From NCBI RefSeq assembly GCF_036588685.1, contig NC_086373.1, positions 73,656,001 to 73,720,000 on the forward strand: a stretch of DNA of 64,000 nucleotides, written 5' to 3'. Under the pieces are notes generated by a model. It was given only the letters and a program-made list of their open reading frames with translations, was not told the origin of the DNA and did not search any database. This DNA comes from Mytilus trossulus. Lineage: Eukaryota. Below are positions 12,518-26,100 of this stretch, one piece after another (the stretch's first letter is position 1; each line of letters starts with the position of its first letter). The position numbers were made by a program, and so were the translations under genes.

Positions 12518-14691
12518 ATTACTGAAATTCATTTATTATATATATTTATATTATATTACTGTGCTATGTAGATTTTTTATGAACATCAGCATTGGTTACC
12601 CTAATGAGTTTTGTATATCGAACTGAAAGATACAATGTAAAATAACATTAAATTGACATGCATCATGTTTTATAGTTGAAGCATAAAAAAAAACATTTAA
12701 AGGAAGGAGACCTGAAGTGACAACCATTTATATGCAAGATAAACTTGAGACTGAGAGTGCTACCTCAGTAAATGAAGACTGTTTTAATAAACATCTTTAA
12801 ATGTTCTCTGAATGATAAAAAGAAAACATAACTTGAATAATTTATCAGATACTTTTAAGATTGGATAACACTGAAAAATTATAGAATCTTTTTGTAGAAT
12901 TTATTATAAGTTTTCCTTTTTATTTCTATATTTTCAGAAGACAGAATATTGATCAACTACCACAGATGAGAAAGGCAGCATATTGTAATAATTCATTGTT
13001 TAAAGAGGCATAATTAAACACATATTCCTCAAAGGAATAACCTTTATTGTGTTCATAAAAAAATCCATTCTACATAATACTAGTCCAGGAATGACAAACA
13101 CTGTGTTGATTATGTTTTCATCAGATTTGTCACATGTAAATGTTCTTCAATATCAAAATATTCAACTTACATAATTTTATTATAAATTAGTCATGGATGG
13201 CATAATTTAGAAAACCTAACATTGAAAATCTTTAAGATATATTGACCTTTTAATTTTTGAATATCCCCACATTTGTTTAAATATTATAAAAGGAATAGCA
13301 TTTGCTGACCTTTTATTGTATTCCAAGTTAAAACATTTAATATTGTTATACAGCTGCATTTATATTGTACATACTGGATGTCATATGCTCTTATTCTATC
13401 TGTGTGAAAGCTACCCATATTTCATATAATTAGAACACAGACATTGAAATAAGTTCTTTTATTGTTATATATGTAAATCTGATGTTAAAATAAAAGGGAA
13501 ATTATTGATATCTGTTGTAAATTTTTGATTATACATGTTGGTTTATGACCTAAGTTCGTTATAAATATTCCTTATTCTTGCTTTAGATTCTAATATTCAA
13601 AAACATTGGAACATTTTTTTTTCTAAGTGAATGACTTGGTTTATTTTTAATGAATTTTAGTTTTTTATTAGAAAATTGACAAGTGACCATTAAATTTATT
13701 TTAGAAATAGGAAATTGTAGTATTATGTATTATAATTCATTAAAGATTTTTTAAAATAGCACTTTTCAAAATATCAAAAAGATGCAATGCCATAAAACTC
13801 TTATTATGTATTAAAGAAATAACATGCATGACTAAGAGCAACTTTTGCATGTAAAACTCATTGTATTTTTCGTCATTTTGTTGTATTGGTGCTAGTCATC
13901 ATATTGTCATCTTACTGTTATGTAAAGTTAGGCCAAGAAAATAAATGTGTCTGTTCAAGAGTTCCATAAAGAAGCAAGCAAGTTCACTATATTATTATAA
14001 ATATTTGTTTTTGATATTGCATGAACAAAATTGGAAAACCAAAAGGATCTGTTTAATTGTACAATTACTGACAAGAGAATATAAAATCTCCATTAAGAAA
14101 ATGTTTTAAAGATATTTATTGATATGGTAATCATTAATTGGAGATATCCAGTCATAGCCAGTAAGTACTTTTACTTTTCATGAATATTCTTTATTGCAAA
14201 AATGCTTACATGAGAAGTTCCAGTTATGTAATTCTTAATAGAAATATATTTTGTTTGGCCAAAGATGGAGTATCTGAAAAATAAATGAAATTTATCTGAT
14301 CTGATTTTGTGTTTTACTCCATAGAATTACAGGCTCATAACTTGGGGCAGACACAAATATAATGTGGCAAGGTTGGTTATGTTTGTGGGTTGCCAACACT
14401 CCCTCAAGCTTGGAAACCCTAAAGAGTTATGAAATCTGTTGTTATACTTAAAGAGCTCTCATCTACAGACAGTGCTAAATAGAATAAAAATTAAATTATG
14501 TGCAAAGTTCCATTTTCTCTAAAACTTTTTAAACCTGGAACTACACTTTATATGTAATTGGTGACTGAAAGTGCGTATTAAGTTTTCAAAACGAGCAACA
14601 TCCATCATTACTAAGGACCAATACTGGGTTTGATTAAGTGTTTTAATGCCACTTTTATGCAGCACTTTTGGGCTATTTAGTGGGGCTTGTT

Positions 14692-15860
14692 TTTTGTTGA
14701 GCCTTCAACTTTTGTTGCAGAAACTCACCGTTTCATGCTTTGCCCAGCCGGTCTTTTACCGGACATTATACAAATGACCGGCATATATGACCGTTTTGGA
14801 AGCCTTGCCAGAAAGCTCGACATCGGGATAGTGATCCAGCGGCGGGGTTAGCTTACTTTTTAAAAGCTTTATATTTTAGAAGGTGGAAGACCTGGATGCT
14901 TCATACTTTGTATATAGATGCCTCATGATACGAAGTTTCTGTCAGTCACATGTCAAATGTCCTTGAACTCATTTTCATGGTTCAGTGACCACTTGAAAAA
15001 AAAGTTCTGATTTTTTGTAATGTTGAATTATCTCTTATAGGTTTATATTGGATAATTATATTTGGTATGTGTGTACCTTGCAAGGTCCTCATGCCCGTCA
15101 GACAGTTTTCACTTGACCTCGACCTCATTTCATGGCTCAGTGAACAAGGTTAAGTTTTGGTGGTCAAGTCCATATCTCAGATACGATAAGCAATAGGGCT
15201 AGTATATTCGGTGTATGGAAGGACTAAGGTGTACATGTCCAACTGGCAGGTGTCATCTGACCTTGACCTCATTTTCATGGTTCAGTGGTTATAGTTAAGT
15301 TTTTGTGTTTTGGTCTGTTTTTCTCATACTTTATGCAATAGGTCTACTATATTTGTTGTATGGGATGATTGTAAGGTGTGCATGTCTAGCGGGCAGATGT
15401 CATCTGATCTTGACTTCATTTTCATGGTTGAGTGATCAAAGTTAAAAAAATTTAGTTTTGGTCTTTTTATCTAATACTATATGCCATAGGTCAACTATAT
15501 TTGGTGTATGGAAATATTTTATGTTCTATATGTCAGTCGCACAGGTTTTATTTGACCTCCACCTCATTTTCACTGTTCATTGCTCAGAGTTAAGTTTTGT
15601 GTTTTGGTCTATTTTTCTTAAACTATAAGTAATAGGTCAACTATATTTGTTGTATGGAAGCATTGTTAGCTGTACATGTCTGCCTGGCATGGTTCATCTG
15701 ACCTTGACCTCATTTTCGTGGTTCATTGGTCTTTGTTTAGTTATCTTGGTTAATGTTAAGTTTATGTGACAGTTTTCAATAAAGCTTTATGCTTAGGACT
15801 ATCAACATAATATCAATGATTAGTAAAGAAGGCGAGACATTTTAGCGTGTGCACTCTTGT
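14692..15860. mobile_element. HINE-like element with an internal tandem array, inserted into a SINE-like repeat
   Basis: Recurrent (TGACCT)TGACCTCATTTTCATGGTTC units about 145 bp apart; GTGTGCACTCTTGT end; the SINE-like sequence resumes on the right. Confidence 0.6.
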
Positions 15861-17159
15861 ATTGTTGAAGGAAGCCGGAGTCTGGGGGGAAATTCATGAC
15901 CTTGGATAGGAAAATTGACAATCCTTGTCAATTAAGATTTGAGTCGAGTGCACCCACACAGGTGGAGTTGGAACTCACAACCTCAGTTTTGATTGGCTAG
16001 TGTTTACATTAGTTACTCCTTACTTGCAATTGATTGAGATATAACATGTATATTAAAGCATCTTTAATGATGATTGAAGCCAAGATGAAAGTTATCTACC
16101 AAGGTCAGATGACAGATAGAAATATGTATACCATAAAAAGGTGTTATTCTATTCATATAATTTAACAAGCTAAAACCTCAAAATATTTGATGAAAGAAGG
16201 TGGTATTTTCATTGTTCACACATTACAAATCAGTATTGTCAATTTGCTGACCAAAGGAAGTAATTCTATTTTCATAGATTTTGAGAAAAGTGTGACTGAA
16301 ACTATTCAGTTCATTCAACTAAAAAAATAAAGTATTGGTAAAAAGAAGGTGGCCTACAGATCCCAGAAAACTCAACCTTGCTGGACAGCTCACAATTGTA
16401 AAATCATTCTGTATAATATTGTACTGGGTAAAAAATTATGAAAATATCCTGGACATGTTGATAGCAATTATGTCCTAATTCAGATCAAGAAGCTCCTAAG
16501 AGACTGAATTGCTAATTTGGTAAAGATATGCCATTTTGAAATTAATTATTACCTTTATTTCAATTAGTCGGGCTCTATTCTATACTCAAAATAAGTGAGT
16601 GTTAAAGGCCATGCTTTGATTAATAATGGTTTACTTTTTATACATTGTGACATGGATGGAGAGTTTACTCGCTGGAAGTACCATATCTTCTTATTTATAT
16701 GTGTTCTAAGTATCAAGATGTTAACAAAACTTCATGGTAAATTACCTTGACCAAAAATCTGATCTAGGAGGGATGAACAACCAGATAAACTGATCCACTT
16801 GTATAGAAGGAAACATGGCCCTACAATTGCAGAGGGAGCATCAACTTTTTTACCTGTGTGGAGTATGTTGACCAGGTGAATTAAAAGAAAAATATGTAAA
16901 GAGTATAAACAAAACAAGAAGTAAACATCATTACATATTTATTACATTCCAGACCTGTGGATTCCATCCTTTAGCACTGCATAGTGCGTAGTATTATAAA
17001 CTGTATTAATTCCAAAACATTTCAAGTTCTTCCATCTTATATTACTTGGTCAACGCAAGCATAGCTGTCTGGATTAAATGTTCCAACAGTTTTTAACTGG
17101 AGTAGGACTCAACTGATTTATAATCCAAATGCATGTATCTATTTCAGTCATCAAGACTT

Positions 17160-20100
17160 TCACCATGTAAATGGGGCTCTTTCCCTCAACATTCGTACAC
17201 TGAACTGTTTCCATTCTTTCTGTCTAATCCACAATTCCTGTGCTGTATCGAGACAAGCTAGAACTGCAGCACCTTTCCAACAGGTAAATGTTGGATCCAT
17301 GTCCTGGAATAAGACAAAATACTTGTCATGTCAACATTATAGTAAACAGCTTGTTATCTGATTGCAACATTGAAATACCGTACACCAAACTAAGAAAAAT
17401 TTCTTAACCCTAAAAGTGAACATTTGATGTTTTCAATTCAGGTGATATCTTTAAATTATGTCGACAGGCATAACTCAATTTCTGAGAATAAAGAGGTCAA
17501 ACATTTTTAAAAGTTGATTTTCAAAGTCTTAATTTTCTTCAATCCAAACTTATTACATGCAATATGACATTGATTTGGGTAAACAGCAATGCAATACAAT
17601 AGAACTAATAGGATGATCATCCAAATTAAAGAAACAAATCAACAGCCATGTTCTTCGATGCACAGATGTAGCATATGATCTTCAAGCAAATAAGTTTACT
17701 CAAAAAAGAGCTATGAACAATTTTAAATTTACAGTGCTCTGTGTCTTGACCATTTACCGTTTGGGGTTGGAAGAAATATTTCTATGAGGACTCCTGGAGT
17801 GTCTTTTTTGTTGTTGTATTAGCCTTAACCTATAAAGTATTATCTGCTCTATATAAGACATACCTTAGGCCTAGTGATGACATCCATGGTTTCTAACATC
17901 AGTCTATACTGTGGTGGCATTCCTACCCACACTTTGTACTGTAACCACTGTTGTGCACCTTCAAACTTTAAACCTCCTCCGACAACTACTATACAACTGT
18001 ACATTTTCTTCTTTATCTCATCATTGCCTTAAAAAAATACATACAAATATTCAGAAATAATTACATTACATGTATGTTTCATTATAATAGGTTATTCTGA
18101 TTGGCTAACTGCACATCACATGTTATTCCTTAAGCAATTGCATTACTCAATAAAACTTATCATTCATGATAACAGGAGGTCCCACAATAAAGTGCACAAG
18201 TGAATTAATTAAAAAAATATAAAATTCGTGTTTTCATGATCCTAGCTTAAAAAAGTAGTGTTATGTATTGAATGCTTCTTTTTGTAACTTCATAGGGTTG
18301 TAAAAGCGTCGACCTTGCGCACATGTTAAGAAAACGTACTTCACATCAACGCTTTAACACCCCAATGAAATTACAAAAAGAAGCATTCAATTCTTAAATA
18401 AATATAAATTAATTTAAAAGTGTTCTATGATTTCTTTTACCACCTTCCAAACTTACAGTGTATTAAAATATAAATCTGAGGCTGGAAGAATCCTGTATTG
18501 TCCATCTAGCTTTTATGCATATGTTTGAAATCATCCTGATAATTTGGTTCATATATTAGTTAAGATTTTAAACAAAAGAAATCTAATTGATTAACAAGAA
18601 TAGGAGGCATAACAAATTACAATATGCTAGCATCTTTAGTTGTTCAACAAATAATTTGTTTTTACAGTAATGCTAATCATCTTGTTTATTAGAGGATGCA
18701 ATCCTTTGGGAAGAGGATTCCATAGTACTTATTCTTCATTATAGTGCATCCCCAGGCTAAGCAAAAGATTGCAATTTAAGATCAGTATTAATATGTCATT
18801 GAAACCAAAGAAACATTATTGCTTGTTACTTTGCAGCTATCTGCATTAATTTGCTAAATGACCTTGAAATGGCAATTTTTATAAACTACAATGCAAAAAA
18901 AAACAACATGTATATACAACATGAATACTCAGATCACTTGCCCAAAACTTTAGTTAGAATGCTTGCCTAGTTTATAAGTTTTAAATAGTGAGAAAGAGCA
19001 ATCACTATGCAAAGAGCTTTGAAAATCTTCATTTAAAATATTTCTCTCTGCTTTATTTTTAACCACACTAATTACATACCACATCTTTCTATACTTTTGA
19101 GTATAGCTTGGTCTATTCCCATTAATTGTAAAACAGTTTCTGTATCTACATCAGTCTCCTCTTCCTCGCCCCTCCTCCCACTTTTCACTGTGTCTGTCAC
19201 ATTTAACGTGTCTGGTGCATCATTAGAGTCATCGTCCATCTGAGTCTGATGCTGAGAGTCATCCATTACATTCAGTTCAGAATTGTCTTTTGATTCTGTT
19301 GTGTCCTTTTTCTTGGAAAGTTTGGCCTGTAAAACAAAAGGGTTCTTTTATAAATTATCATTGTATGATAATTTTATAATTCAGCCAGAATGCTACCATA
19401 TACATGTCCTTACATTGACCACATGTGTATTCAATATTCATGTTCAACTTTTTATAAAAATTTAAAAAAACCCACTGTAAATCAACAAATGCCTGCAATT
19501 TTATAAAAATTCAATCTGACTCTACAGTTAATAAATCCATTTTTAATAACCATGTATTTGTACAATAACCTAAAATTAATGACCTGTATTTGTATCCTTT
19601 GAAACTTTTATCTTCTAGCATTGCTCTCTTTAACTTTTTAAAACATAGAAATGGATAAGCAATCAAAGAAAAATGTGGATTTTTTAAAAAATAAAACCAA
19701 AGATGTGATTCTAAAATAGGAAATATCAGCAATTTTTTCTGTCTACAAATTCTTAATCGAAAAATTTTCTACATAAAATAACTTGAGAAGACAGTCCAAG
19801 TTCTTACCTCCCTTGAGGTCATCTGAAGATAAAACTCATCATGGGGATCTTCAGGGTCACCAGTACAACGTCCCTGGGTTCTTACAAGTTGTGGTCCCAT
19901 AATACCTAGCAGTTCTGGATGAAACAATGACATTGGTGCTACGATAGCCTCATCACCTAATTTAACAGGATATTTCACTATGTGTTGCTGAGGTTTCCTT
20001 ATTAACAGTGAATGATCTGATATACCAGTTTTATCCTACAAATACAAAATAAAACCTGTAAACAAATCGTTAAATATTTTAAATTTTTCTTCATATGTCA

Positions 20101-23100
20101 ATATGTAAACCATACACTAAAATTACAGCCAAATTATCATCAAACCTTACATTGTTCTAAACAGACTCTTTTGGTTTCCTAGTCTGGACACTTTATATAT
20201 TTAAATCAATTGATTGATCCTTTAGCATGGTATCATTGCTAGAAAAAGGTTCAGAAATATATATTTTCATACCTTAATAACCTCAGTGGAAAATTAACAA
20301 AAACCAATATAGGACAGAAACATTTATTGCATAGGTATAAATATCCTCAACCGTTTAAATTATATAATTCACTGAAATGATCATTTCAATTAAAATCCCA
20401 ATATGCCACTGCACATTAACAAAGCATGGTGTGCATCAAATAATACACAACCTCAACCACAAAGTTGAAACTTTCTTGAGGGAGATAAATTCCAAGAAGG
20501 CTTGGAATGAGGAAAAACTTTTACAAGGATATTATCTGATTCACATATTCTAAACTTATCTATTTACTGCCTCTTACTTGTAATCATTCAATATTCCATC
20601 TCCCTTCAAAGAGAACTAATTTTGAGATCAGAAATAAATTTTACCTGGTCTAAATGACAGTAGGATTCTTTCATTTCCTGCATTATGTTACAATCTGTTA
20701 CTTTATTCAGGTCTATTTCCTTTGGACTGAACCCTGACCTCTGAAGCAGCCAATGAAAACATCGAGTGACATCACTCCCACCATATTCCATTGTAATTCT
20801 ATGGTATATAAAGGTCAGTTTAAATCAAAATATTACAGGGTAAAACTAATAATAATTTATTAGAAGGTTAGGAATTTGTTTTTAGTATATAATTAAACAC
20901 TTTCTATCAAGTAAACCAACACCTGAAGTGGTGTGGTAGGGTAAAAACCAGTGGATTCCACTAGATATTCACAGTTGTCTTATAAGGGGAATTTGCTTCT
21001 CAGTTTCAAAATGATAAGCTTTTCAAAACACTAGTATATATTGATAGGGGATATATAAAGGGATCCTAAGAGCAAAAATAATATATAGGTCAATGTGCTT
21101 GTTTTTGAAATATAAGCCATTGAAATTTTGGAGGGATAATGTTCTCTCTTGACTTTTCGTAGCTAAATATCATTGACAAGTTTAAGTTCTCAAAAACTAT
21201 TAAAAAAAAATCAAAACTTTATATGACTTTCACTGATGGCTTATCATTATACATGTTAAAGATTGGGCCAGGTGAGCTAAAAATGGGGGTCAATGGTCAA
21301 TTTATTTTAAGGCATTCAAATGGATAAAACCAGAGCATTCCGAAAATCGAACAACAATTTCAAAACAAGACAAGCAATCATCCTTAAAATAAATGAAAAA
21401 ATGTCACCACAAAAGACAACAACACTAAAATTTTATATAGTTTAAGTCATGGAAATTTTAAACAATAAAAACTTATCATTAATTAAAGTAATTTTGTTTT
21501 TGTCACTGCAGTTTTTTTATTCCTACATGACACATCCCCATACCCATAAATGATTATTAAAAATGTCATAAATTTTTACCTTGTTTTTAATGTAGAATTT
21601 CCATCTTCCACACAACACACACTGACTTTTTGGTCTCCTATATCAACAACACATGCACTTCCTACACCAGCACCAAATGTAGCACACACAGACTCCTGTA
21701 AATTATCATATAAGTTAGTACACATGGATAGTTGGAGTTCCAAATCTAAATAAATATTTAGATTTGTGTTGTTAAAGGTTTTAGATTTGCACGCATAAAT
21801 TGCTTATTAAAGTCACCATTTTGTGACTAAATGATGTCATACCTGTATAACAATAGCTGCACCAAATCCAAGTTTATTTAATAGTATGTCTGTCATGTGT
21901 TTAACATGGTTATGTACAAACACATCTGGTACAAGCAGTAACACTTTGTATATCTGGAACATAAAATAAATGGGGTTTAGGAAAAGTGTGCATTTTCAAC
22001 AACTGATCATTTCTCAAATAGCATTGTATCAAAATGTCAAATTACGGTTTTACTGTAGATTAAGAAATTAACACAATAAAGGTAAAAGGAAAAATTCATT
22101 TAAGAATAAATATCAACTACCGGTATATACAAGTACAGCTTAAAAGATATACACATGTATATTCAAATAAAAATATGAAATAAAACAATACTGTAATCTT
22201 AAAATGCAGTCTCGGGTTGATATCCTTTTAAGGATAACATATGAAAGTGTGTCCCCTTTTCACCAGTGGGGTTATATAGTGTATATCGCTGAGAATAAAA
22301 AAGAAGCTGATTCAAAAATAGTCATATATTATTTCAAGAGATAAAATAAGTTAAATCAGTGAAAGTTATCTGTCCAAGACATTTAACGGTTTGTTTTTTG
22401 TCTAGCTATTCCTCCCACATAAATCATTTCCATTCTGCACAAAAATATTGATCACATCTTATATGACATATGTAAGATTTGCAAAGGCTTGATGTTGAAG
22501 GAGGAACTTAGACCTAAAATGGTTAACTTTTAACACATTGTGACTTGAATGGGGAGTTGTCTCTTTGGCACTAATACCACATCTTCTTACAGTATTTCTA
22601 TTTAATATAACGAGAAAAAATTCCGGAAGGGAAAATTAATTATATATAAATCTATCTTTTCTAAAATGGTAAAAGATGATTCCATCTTACATTCTATTTA
22701 CCTTAAGATCTTTAATAGGAATATCAAGATAAGTCTGTATAGCAGCAGACCAAAGAGTTTCCAAGTCTTCCATCACAGCTGTCAAAGTGCCCCCTGGTCC
22801 ATCATGTAAGTTTAAACGCCCTCTTCTCATTGGCCAGTGAATTCTAAATTTATCACTTGGTTTTATATGCAGTGCCTGATAGAATTAAAAGATTGATCAT
22901 TGTAAAGTCAGTTATGAAAGTTAGGTTGAGCTGACTTAACAAGTATACTTTGATGAATTTTATACGCCATTTAAAATTTGTATATATTAAAGCTGTGGTA
23001 TGTAAAGAACCAATTACATGTCTGTTTGACAATACACTTATGGTTTTCTAAAGGTCACTAGAAAACAAACAAGGACTTGCTTGACAAATAGATGATCAGA

Positions 23101-26100
23101 CTAGATGATATTATATCCTATCCAATATACATACAAATTCAATTTTAAAACAACTGAAATATCTATAATTTTATAATGTTAAATTTAAATAAAACAATAT
23201 TTGTTGAAACAAAGCAGTAGATCTATTCCTTCAGTAGATAAAAAGTGAGAGTAAAATGGTAGCTTTTCTCAATCAACAACTGTGTACAATTTCATTTTAC
23301 TCTAAAAAATTCTAGGTGAATAAACTTTACCTTTTCAATTCTCAGAAGATTTTTTTTTTATTTTGAAGGTATTCTTCTTTACTTGTTAATCAATTAATAT
23401 ATGAAAAATAAACACTCTTAAGGTGGTACCTAACACTACAGGGAGATAACTCTGTAAAATCAGCAGAACATTTTAATGACGTTGTGTTGTTAAGAGAATA
23501 TTGAGCTTCTCAAGGATCAAAATAAGTTTTGGTCAGACTGCTATATAACCAGTGTAATTTTTCTGATTCAACGGTTGGTTCAAATTTTTTGAAATTTTTA
23601 TATTTTTGTCAAAGGGCCAAAGTAAATACTTTGTCAAAATTTTAAGTAAATTAAAAGAGCCAAATTAGTTTTAGTTCAGGTGTTGGGTACCACCTTTTTT
23701 AATGGTAAAATTCACAAGTGAAAGTATCTGGCCTTGGTATCTACCAATACAATATGTCTGGAAAATCATTGTATGTAGTGACCTTCACTCTGTTGTTAAT
23801 TAGAATTCAGTATGTGAGGTCTATGATGCTAACTTGTTGCTTGTAAATATGAAATTTCCAAACAAAATTTCTGTTGCAAAAAAGGAATTTCTGAAGGAAA
23901 ATAATATATTATCAACAAAACAAAAAATCCTGACCTCTTCTCCAATCAGAAATGGTGTTTGCTTGGTGTCTGACCATTTTTGAGGACATACTACATCAGT
24001 AACTTGGCCTCTTGCATTATTATTATAACTGTATATCTACAATATAAAAATCAAGGGCATAATTATTTTTCAACTATAAAATATAATGCTTAATAGTTAA
24101 CAGTGACAAATGAAGCACTGAGCACCACCTGCACTATGTTGTCCATCTTTATTCTATTAATCTTATCAAATCTGATATCTTCTTATATTTACATTTTAAA
24201 AATATAAATAAGAATACAGTTTACACATTATGAAAGATTGTAAAAACAATATATTTTAGAGTTTCTTATCCTATATATTTAGCTTTGGTTTTATTCTGTG
24301 ATTTCCATTATTCGGACAAATTTCTAAGCATCAGAATTAAACTTTGAATTGTTAAAATTATCTTATATCAATTTGGTTTTGATGACAGATCTATGTTTTT
24401 CAGTAAAAAAAAAAACTGCTATCAGTCTAGACTCAAATTTGAGCTTGATAAATAGGACAGTCATATGTAGTCTTTTCAACGGCTTTTTTGGTGTTTTATT
24501 GTATTGTGTTGTTGATGAGTAATAAAATGCATACATCTCTTTTATTCATTTTCAAATTATTTAAAATTAAGAATTGTACGAGATTATAGTTTATTCTAAC
24601 TTGAAGTCCTTCAAACACTTTGAGTACCCTAGTAAAATATGGATATATTGCCTCCGCTGTTCCCATCATATTCCCACTCTATATGCTTTTTTGTGAATGA
24701 GGTACCCAACCTCATATAACAATGACGAAAGAATATACACATTTTACTAAAAAATACACGCTTGTGAAACCATAAATCATCACAACAAGGAAACGTAAAC
24801 AAACGGTACTAAAATGTGGTATAAGCCATTTTTTTTATACTTATAAGACATATAAGTAAATTATCAGTTAAATCCTTCCAAAACTATCTAAATACTTAAT
24901 GGTAAAAGCATGTCTCTAATTCAGTTTGCTCCGTTCTTTTATGCCAATTAAATAGTGCATTTATTTATGAGAACTGCAAATATTTGCCGCCACCCCTAGA
25001 GAGCTTTGATCCAAAAGAAATACTGTATTTGTCCTATTAGAATCAAAATAATTCATGGGGGCTTGAATCAGGGCTTCCAAAATTTTTCTGAGCCAGCCGG
25101 ACATTTTATATCTGATCCGAATTTTAATTCCTAAGACAAAGTCACAAAAGGCAATTATGGTAGTCAGATGGCCATCCCAATGATTGACATTGAATTAAAA
25201 TCGATATTAATTTGATGTTCTGACATAATCTGTTAAAATTGGCATTGCATCATTCAAAACGTGCACATCAGCGTGCTCATATCTGCATTAGACTCTTTAT
25301 TTGTGCCTTGAATATATCATGATTTTACCACGGGTTGTCCATTTATGCCAATGTTTTAAAATATTTGTCATAAAAGGCCAAGCTGTGGTAAAATCACCAT
25401 ATATTCAAGCCCCCATGAATTATTTTTTAAATATTGTGTGTTTACTTTTAACATTTAACATTCTAATAACTTATTTTCCATGTAACATAGCAATGATTAT
25501 GTTTATGGCAGTGTAAGATCATTCTATCCATGTTGAATAATTAATCATAAACTATAACTAAAATTGAATGTTCTAGAATATCTGACCAGTTTTTGTGAAG
25601 TTGGTTGTCTATATTCTCCAGTAGATGTTGGTCTGGAGGCCACAGCTTCCTCAGACTGTTTCAGTCCATACTTCTGTAATGCCTTTACATCACTGTGCTA
25701 AAATTAGATCTACATTGGTCGATCATTAAATACAATAAAACAAGAATGTATTCTCAGTACACGAATGTCCCACTCGCACTATCATTTTCCATGTTCAGTG
25801 GACCGGGACATTGGGGTAAAAATTTATAATTTGGCATTAAAATTAGAAAGATCATATCATAGGTAACATGTGTACCAAGTTTGAAGTCGATTGGACTTCA
25901 ACTTTATCAAAAACTACCTTGACCAAAAACTTTAACCTGAAGCGGGACAGACGAACAGACGGACAAACAGACGAATGGACGAACAACTTCATCAAAAACT
26001 ACCTTGACCAAAAACTTTAACCTGAAGCGTGACAGACGGACAAACGGACGAACAGATGAACGGACCAGAAAACATAATGCTCCCCTACTATCGTAGATGG

